Positions 8,049 through 12,758 of a DNA stretch of 12,758 nucleotides are shown here, piece by piece (position 1 is the first letter of the stretch; each line of letters opens with the position of its first letter). Location: contig JBLWVX010000051.1 in assembly GCA_048268245.1 (NCBI GenBank), forward strand, positions 1 through 12,758, read 5' to 3'. The notes under the pieces were generated by a model that had not been told where the DNA came from, searched no databases, and saw only the letters and a list, made by a program, of their open reading frames with translations. Source of the stretch: Arcobacteraceae bacterium (lineage in GTDB: Bacteria > Campylobacterota > Campylobacteria > Campylobacterales > Arcobacteraceae). Made by a program: the position numbers and the translations under genes.

Positions 8049-9177
8049 TGTTCCATCCTGTTATAACTATTTTAAAAACTGCACCCTCTTTATCATTTTT
8101 CACACTAAGCTCTCCACCCATATTATTTTCAATAATAAGCTTTGAGATATAAAGACCAAGACCTGTTCCTGTTTTTTCATCTTTTGTACTAAAGTATGGG
8201 TCAAAAATCAAATCAAAATTCTCTTTTTTGATACCACCTGCATTATCTTTTACTTTAACAATACATAAAACTCCCATGCTTTCAATACTAAGCTCTATTC
8301 TAGGTTCTTGGATATTTTTTTCAAGTAAAACATCTCTTGCATTTGTAATTAGATTTAAGATGACTTGCGAAAACTCTGTTGGATAACCATGAATTAGCTT
8401 ATCTTTTTTTATATTTAGTACTAAATCTATATTTGACTCTTTTAAAGAAGCATTTACCAAGCCTATTGCTTTTTGACAAGAGTCAAGTACATAAAAGTCC
8501 TCTTTTTTCTTATCAGGTTTATAGAAGTTTCGAAAGTCATCAATAGTATTTGACATAAACTCTATCATTCCATCACAACGCTCTATTGAGTTTAGAATAT
8601 GATTTTCATCTACTTTTTTAAATCTAGTTGCTGTTTCAAGCTCCATTAAAACACCTGAAAGTTCTGTTAGAGGCTGTCTCCATTGGTGAGCTATCATACT
8701 AATCATAGAGCCCATTCTTGCTAACTTTGATTGTTGTAAAATAGCCTTGTCTTTTCTTTTTCCTTCTTGAATACCTTTTTGTACTTTATACTCCAAGTTT
8801 TTATTTAACTTTTGAAGTTTTCCTTCTTTATTTTGAACTTGTTCTTTGTATTTTTTTACTACATCATTTATGATTGAGCTCATTAGAAGTGAAAAAAGTG
8901 CCATAAAAATAACAATTGAGCCTGTGAGATAAACCATAAACTCTTTAAACTCTTCTTGTTTTTGTTTATGCTTTTGTTCTTTTTGTTTTACTAAAATATT
9001 TATATCTTTTAAATTATTACTTTTTAAAATATATAGTTGTTTAAACTCTTTTAAGTCTTCTTCAAAAGCCTCATTTGTTACTTTGAGATGATAAGAAGTA
9101 GAAAAAAAAGCTACAAATAATATACTTAAAAAAGGAATAATAACAGTAAAAAAAGGAATTCCCTCTTTATTAAACAT
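8041..9177 (-). CDS. two-TM sensor histidine kinase with a very short periplasmic loop
   Basis: IAHQWRQPL, NLITNARD, DNAGGI, PYFSTK, GTGLGL. The start is placed at ATG 9177 because AAGGTG (9184-9189) works as its RBS; the track's GTG at 9186 lies inside that RBS. Confidence 0.92.
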   Translation of the reverse strand: MFNKEGIPFFTVIIPFLSILFVAFFSTSYHLKVTNEAFEEDLKEFKQLYILKSNNLKDINILVKQKEQKHKQKQEEFKEFMVYLTGSIVIFMALFSLLMSSIINDVVKKYKEQVQNKEGKLQKLNKNLEYKVQKGIQEGKRKDKAILQQSKLARMGSMISMIAHQWRQPLTELSGVLMELETATRFKKVDENHILNSIERCDGMIEFMSNTIDDFRNFYKPDKKKEDFYVLDSCQKAIGLVNASLKESNIDLVLNIKKDKLIHGYPTEFSQVILNLITNARDVLLEKNIQEPRIELSIESMGVLCIVKVKDNAGGIKKENFDLIFDPYFSTKDEKTGTGLGLYISKLIIENNMGGELSVKNDKEGAVFKIVITGWNNG

Positions 9178-9205
9178 AATTTTCACCTTAACTCTTTATG
9201 TTTAT

Positions 9206-9214
9206 ATAATATCA
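9206..9214 (-). promoter_or_regulatory. possible extended -10 (TGaTATTAT) for the two-component genes
   Basis: ATAATATCA on + reads TGATATTAT on -, about 30 nt before the kinase ATG and adjacent to the symporter terminator. Confidence 0.4.
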
Positions 9215-9241
9215 AATAAAGGGATTATTTTCCCTTTATTT
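9214..9241 (-). terminator. intrinsic terminator after the symporter gene
   Basis: AAATAAAGGGA (9214-9224) / TCCCTTTATTT (9231-9241), an 11-bp perfect stem directly after the stop at 9242-9244. Confidence 0.7.
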
Positions 9242-10678
9242 TTATGATTTTTTATCGTTGATATTATCAACAATCTCTTTCCATGTATCTTTATCGATTT
9301 TAAATTCTTGATAATCATTGTATCTTAAAACAGGTTTTCTACCCTCTTTTAATTGTCTATCATAACCTTTAATAAGTCTAAGAACAGGTTTATATAAAAT
9401 AGCAATAACAACTAAGTTGATAACTGCTAATAATCCCATAGATAAATCAGCAAATGAGAAAATAGAACCTAAATCTTGGAATGATCCCCATACAATTAAT
9501 ACAACACATAAAACTCTAAAAGCATTAAATAATGTAACATTACCTTTTGAGAAGAAGTTTAAACTATTTTCAGCAAGATAATAATTATATAACATAGATG
9601 ATAAACCAAATAAGAACAGTGCAACTGTTACAAAGTATCCACCAAATGGTCCAATATGCTCAACTAATGCATTTTGAGTTAATAAAACACCTTGAACACC
9701 CTCTTGACCTGGAACATAAACACCTGATAAAAGAATAATAAATGCTGTACAAGAACATAAAATAATAGTATCAATGAATACTGAGAATGACTGTACAATA
9801 CCTTGTTGAACTGGGTGAGCCACGTAAGCAACTGCTGCAACATTTGGAGCAGAACCAAGTCCAGCTTCATTTGAGAACATACCTCTTTTTGCACCTTGTA
9901 AAATTACAGCACCAATACCACCACCAATTGCAGATGAAGGATTAAAAGCTTCTGTAACAATCATGTCAAATAAACCTGGGATTTTTTCTAAGTTTAATGC
10001 AATTACAACAATAGCAATAAGTAAATATCCAACTGCCATTACAGGTACAATAACTTCTGAAAATTTAGTAATTCTTTTAACACCACCAAAAATTGCTACA
10101 GCAAAAATTGCAGTTACAACTGCACCTGTAATCCATGTTGGAATATCAAATGATGATTCAAAAGAAGTTGAAATAATAAATGATTGAGTAGCATTAAATG
10201 CAAAACCAAAAGTAATCATAAGAAGTATAGAGATAATTACACCTAGCCATCTTTGACCTAAGGCTTTTGTAACATAATAAGCAGGTCCCCCTCTGTATAC
10301 ACATGAGTCTTGACCATCTTTTTCTTTATATAATTGAGCTAAAGAACACTCAAAGAAACTTGTACTCATACCAATAAGACCAATAATCCACATCCAGAAC
10401 ACAGCACCTGGACCACCAAGAGTAATAGCAACAGCAACACCAGCAATGTTTCCACCACCAACACGTCCTGCAACACTAAGCATTAAAGCCTGGAAAGAAC
10501 TAATATGTCCCTCTTTATCATGAACAGTATCTCTTAAAACTCTAAACATTTTAAAGAAATATCTAAATTGTACGAATCTTGACGTAACTGTAAAAAATAT
10601 ACCTAATGCAGGAAGTAAATATATTAAAATATTTCCCCAAATAAGGTTATTTAAAAAGTCATTAATTTCAGCTAACAT
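9242..10678 (-). CDS. alanine/glycine:cation symporter (AGCS/AlsT family); likely Asn/Asp importer by context
   Basis: ISSFQAL, GRVGGGNIAGVA, GGPGAVFWMW, RGGPAYY, KRGMFSNEAGLGS and VFIDTIILCSCTA; multi-TM, 478 aa; AAGGAG RBS. Confidence 0.95.
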   Translation of the reverse strand: MLAEINDFLNNLIWGNILIYLLPALGIFFTVTSRFVQFRYFFKMFRVLRDTVHDKEGHISSFQALMLSVAGRVGGGNIAGVAVAITLGGPGAVFWMWIIGLIGMSTSFFECSLAQLYKEKDGQDSCVYRGGPAYYVTKALGQRWLGVIISILLMITFGFAFNATQSFIISTSFESSFDIPTWITGAVVTAIFAVAIFGGVKRITKFSEVIVPVMAVGYLLIAIVVIALNLEKIPGLFDMIVTEAFNPSSAIGGGIGAVILQGAKRGMFSNEAGLGSAPNVAAVAYVAHPVQQGIVQSFSVFIDTIILCSCTAFIILLSGVYVPGQEGVQGVLLTQNALVEHIGPFGGYFVTVALFLFGLSSMLYNYYLAENSLNFFSKGNVTLFNAFRVLCVVLIVWGSFQDLGSIFSFADLSMGLLAVINLVVIAILYKPVLRLIKGYDRQLKEGRKPVLRYNDYQEFKIDKDTWKEIVDNINDKKS

Positions 10679-10702
10679 TTTTTCTCCTTTTTAACTAGAG
10701 GC

Positions 10703-10734
10703 AGTTTAGCAATATGAAGAGTGATAAAAGTGGG
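10703..10734 (-). promoter_or_regulatory. putative symporter promoter: direct repeat CCCACTT-N4-CACTCTT 8 nt upstream of -10 TAAACT (extended TGc)
   Basis: The minus strand reads CCCACTTTTATCACTCTTCATATTGC-TAAACT, with the same 26-nt register as the aspA promoter. Confidence 0.55.
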
Positions 10735-10802
10735 ATTTAGTGTTATTTGAAGTTTTAAGAGGTAAAAACTAGTGTTTTTGCCCCTTTTTTGTTAAATTAA
10801 GA

Positions 10803-10994
10803 CTATTTTTTAATATTTAGTGCTTTTTTTAACCATTTTTGTGCTGATTTTACATCATCAAATTTTTGAGACTTTGCAACTTGGTCTTTACCTTCATAAA
10901 ATCTAACTCTAATACCATCTTCTACATGGTCAATTTTTGTTCTAGTGATTTTATTTAAATTAATAAAAACTCTATCGTTTAGTTGAAAAAACAT
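10803..10994 (-). CDS. small soluble basic hypothetical protein (63 aa)
   Basis: AAGGAAG RBS upstream; TGcTAAAAT extended -10 at 11019-11027; no TM segment; a beta-rich 'FINLNKI' motif followed by a C-terminal helix. Confidence 0.8.
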   Translation of the reverse strand: MFFQLNDRVFINLNKITRTKIDHVEDGIRVRFYEGKDQVAKSQKFDDVKSAQKWLKKALNIKK

Positions 10995-11018
10995 AAGCTT
11001 CCTTTTTTATTTTTGTGT

Positions 11019-11027
11019 ATTTTAGCA
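11019..11027 (-). promoter_or_regulatory. extended -10 (TGcTAAAAT) of the 63-aa gene
   Basis: ATTTTAGCA on the + strand, 24 nt before the ATG. Confidence 0.5.
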
Positions 11028-11089
11028 TTTTTTATTTTTATAGTAAAGTTTATTTTACCTTTTTATTTTGTTTTTTAATAAAAAATTTA

Positions 11090-11114
11090 TATAATAGAGT
11101 TTTACTAAAAAGGA
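11090..11114 (+). promoter_or_regulatory. -10 (TATAAT) and RBS (AAGGA) of a 42-aa small ORF
   Basis: TATAAT at 11090-11095, AAGGA at 11110-11114, ATG at 11121. Confidence 0.6.
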
Positions 11115-11120
11115 TTTATT

Positions 11121-11249
11121 ATGGCTATGATTTCAAATTCTTATTTACAAAAAAGTATGGTTGAGGAGATAAACTCTATTTCATTAGAGTTAGTTCAAAC
11201 TTGTAAAAAGTTTGTATACAAATATCATAAATTTATAGGGTATTTTTAA
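11121..11249 (+). CDS. uncalled small protein, 42 aa: MAMISNSYLQKSMVEEINSISLELVQTCKKFVYKYHKFIGYF
   Basis: Has its own -10, an RBS at 6-nt spacing and a terminator hairpin over the stop codon; not listed in the ORF track. Confidence 0.7.
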   Translation: MAMISNSYLQKSMVEEINSISLELVQTCKKFVYKYHKFIGYF

Positions 11250-11257
11250 TACCCTAT
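11235..11257 (+). terminator. terminator hairpin overlapping the sORF stop
   Basis: ATAGGGTATT (11235-11244) -TTT- AATACCCTAT (11248-11257), followed by TTAATCTTTT. Confidence 0.65.
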
Positions 11258-11427
11258 TTAATCTTTTCTATAATTTTATAAAAATCAAACTCACAATATC
11301 AGTTTTCAAACAAACTTTTCTTTTTTTTTAAACAAATTTTCACACTAAAAAGAGCCTAAAAAAGCCACTTTTTTAACCTTAACTTAAGTTTAAGTTTTAT
11401 TTAAGAGTAAAATCTTTTTTTTTAATT

Positions 11428-11433
11428 TATAAT
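11428..11433 (+). promoter_or_regulatory. -10 TATAAT upstream of the structured region
   Basis: TATAAT at 11428-11433; the expected start site near 11438-11441 coincides with the start of the 16-bp inverted-repeat arm. Confidence 0.5.
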
Positions 11434-11437
11434 TCGC

Positions 11438-11453
11438 AAATAGAATAAGAAGA
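11438..11453 (+). repeat. left arm of perfect 16-bp inverted repeat
   Basis: AAATAGAATAAGAAGA; its reverse complement is at 11880-11895. Confidence 0.85.
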
Positions 11454-11556
11454 ATGTAATTATCAAGAGTTCTGAAACCTACACTCAATACATTTGGCGG
11501 TGTCTGTGTAAGTTTCAGATTATTATGTTGTACTCTAAAATATTGAGTACTTTTAT
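11438..11556 (+). ncRNA. candidate structured sRNA or 5' leader (long hairpin with UUGGCG loop plus terminator-like hairpin)
   Basis: Stem TCTGAAAC.TACAC (11471-11484) / GTGTA.GTTTCAGA (11506-11519) with apical ACAT-TTGGCG-GTGT; then GTACTC (11530-11535) / GAGTAC (11545-11550) followed by TTTTAT. Locally GC-richer than the flanks. Strand is uncertain. Confidence 0.5.
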
Positions 11557-11607
11557 ACTAACAAAGCTAACTTATGAAAAAGTTAAATTTGTTATATAGG
11601 AGTTTGA

Positions 11608-11859
11608 ATGTTAAAAAAAATTTTATTTAGTTCTTTAGTATTAACAGTTGCATTAAGTGCAAATGAAATTGATTGTGAAGATGTATTCGAAAGATGTACA
11701 GATAAATGCGAACAAACACAAGGTGAGACTAAAGATCAAATGTGTATAGAAAAATGTGAATATGAGTTTGATAAATGTTTGATTTCTCAAATACCAACTA
11801 CTGAAAATGAGCCAGTAGAGCAATATCAAGAAAACGATCAAGACCAAAACCAAAATTAA
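11608..11859 (+). CDS. secreted acidic six-cysteine miniprotein
   Basis: Sec signal MLKKILFSSLVLTVALSA; mature part has C-x6-C-x3-C-x11-C-x3-C-x6-C and an E/Q/N/D-rich tail; AGGAG RBS at 11598-11602. Confidence 0.85.
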   Translation: MLKKILFSSLVLTVALSANEIDCEDVFERCTDKCEQTQGETKDQMCIEKCEYEFDKCLISQIPTTENEPVEQYQENDQDQNQN

Positions 11860-11879
11860 AAAATATTAGCTTCCTTTTA

Positions 11880-11895
11880 TCTTCTTATTCTATTT
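11880..11895 (-). repeat. right arm of perfect 16-bp inverted repeat
   Basis: TCTTCTTATTCTATTT is the reverse complement of 11438-11453. Confidence 0.85.
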
Positions 11896-11912
11896 TAATA
11901 TTAAGGAATAAA

Positions 11913-12320
11913 ATGAAGAATTTAACAAATAAAGATTTAGTAAAACTATATTATGAAGAACTGTGGAATAAAAAAAACAAAGAATTTATAGATATTTTAT
12001 TTCATGACAACATCTCTTTTCATGGTTCACTAGGACTTGAAGCAAATGGGAAAAAAGAGTTTGAAGAGTATATGAATACAATTCATACAGGAATTCCATC
12101 ACTGTTTCATAGTATAATAGATATTGTAGTTGATAATAATAGTATTGCTGTAAGAGCATTATATACAGGTAAGCATACAGGAAAACTTTTTGAGTATGAA
12201 GCATCTAATAATAGAATTTTATATAATGGTGCTACATTCTTCAAATTTGATGAAAACAAAATAAAAAGTATTTGGGTTCTTGGAGATTTAAATACTTTAG
12301 TAAAACAATTAAAGGGATGA
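11913..12320 (+). CDS. SnoaL-like (NTF2-fold) ester/polyketide cyclase family protein
   Basis: N..LV..YYEELWN, FHGS, G...F, YTGKHTG.LF, 'F.F....I...W..GD...L..QL' pattern; AAGGA RBS. Confidence 0.85.
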   Translation: MKNLTNKDLVKLYYEELWNKKNKEFIDILFHDNISFHGSLGLEANGKKEFEEYMNTIHTGIPSLFHSIIDIVVDNNSIAVRALYTGKHTGKLFEYEASNNRILYNGATFFKFDENKIKSIWVLGDLNTLVKQLKG

Positions 12321-12321
12321 T

Positions 12322-12758
12322 GTGAGAGTTTATATTTTATCTAGGAACCCATCTTTATACTCTACTAAAAGATTAGTTGAAGCAGGAAAAGCCAAAAACT
12401 GGGATGTAAGAGTAATTGATTTTTTAAAATGTAGTATTGAGATAATGAAAGGTGAGTTAAAAATAAACTACCAAGGAGTTGAACTTCCAATTCCTGATGC
12501 TATTATTCCAAGAATAGGAACTAGTAGAACTTTTTATGGTACTGCTATGGTTAGGCACTTTGAAATGATGGATGTATTCACTGTAACAGGAAGTTTAGCT
12601 ATTAAAAGAAGTAGAGATAAACTAAGAAGTTTACAAATACTTTCAAAAAATGGTGTAGATATGCCAAAAACTGTGTTTGCTTCAAATATGTCAAGCTCGA
12701 AAGATGTTATAGAATTAAGTGGAGGAGCACCTTTAGTTTTAAAAATACTAGAAGGAAC
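12322..12758 (+). CDS. rimK: RimK-family ATP-grasp alpha-L-glutamate ligase, 5' part (runs off the window)
   Basis: A GTG start 1 nt after the upstream stop gives MRVYILSRNPSLYSTKRLVEAG...PDAIIPRIG...FYGTAMVRHFEMM...RSRDKLRSLQILS...MPKT...GGAPLVLKILEG. Confidence 0.93.
   Translation, partial: MRVYILSRNPSLYSTKRLVEAGKAKNWDVRVIDFLKCSIEIMKGELKINYQGVELPIPDAIIPRIGTSRTFYGTAMVRHFEMMDVFTVTGSLAIKRSRDKLRSLQILSKNGVDMPKTVFASNMSSSKDVIELSGGAPLVLKILEG

Noticed and set aside
9679..10187. ORFs 9679..9894 (-) and 9963..10187 (+)
   Set aside because: Alternative-frame or antisense ORFs inside the symporter gene.
11345..11404. Short repeats CTAAAAA(G)AGCC, repeated TTAA and palindrome AACTTAAGTT
   Set aside because: Could be regulator sites but are short and AT-rich; they do not match the aspA/symporter motif in register.
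11438..11556. Known riboswitch, SRP RNA, 6S RNA or tRNA
   Set aside because: None of the conserved cores I could check by eye (SRP GGAA loop, purine, TPP, SAM, glycine, c-di-GMP, fluoride, tRNA T-loop) is present; an Rfam search is still needed.
11653..11853. Hydrophobic 66-aa minus-strand ORF as a type I toxin
   Set aside because: It is antisense to the A-rich secreted-protein gene, which explains the F/L/I bias; the nearest AAGGA is about 18 nt from its TTG start.
11438..11895. MITE/IS or retron interpretation of the 16-bp inverted repeat
   Set aside because: No target-site duplication flanks the arms, and there is no transposase or reverse transcriptase in the window.
11986..12204. 72-aa minus-strand ORF
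   Set aside because: Antisense shadow of the SnoaL-like gene.
1..12758. CRISPR array, prophage, defence or mobile-element genes
   Set aside because: No regularly spaced repeats and no cas, integrase, transposase or phage-like ORFs were seen.

Overview
AT-rich chromosomal window whose gene content and HQWRQPL-type kinases suggest Campylobacterota, most likely Arcobacteraceae (inference). In order: a truncated AraC-like remnant, ppaC, a metal-dependent cyclase/arylformamidase, an alpha/beta hydrolase lacking a canonical start codon, an orphan tandem-Cache histidine kinase and ferritin. A minus-strand asparagine/aspartate-utilisation cluster follows (AGCS symporter, sensor kinase, OmpR-type regulator, aspA, short-chain asparaginase); the aspA and symporter promoters share a direct-repeat motif at the same spacing. 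Then come two small genes (63 aa and an uncalled 42 aa), a structured non-coding region with a secreted six-cysteine miniprotein, a SnoaL-like protein and the 5' part of rimK. The most unusual stretch is 11428-11895. It has a hairpin with a UUGGCG/CGCCAA loop of the antisense 'kissing' type, a terminator-like hairpin with an alternative pairing, a possible counter-promoter and a perfect 16-bp inverted repeat bracketing the leader and the cysteine-rich gene. No transposase, integrase, CRISPR array, tRNA or rRNA was seen. All calls are by eye; no database searches were run.
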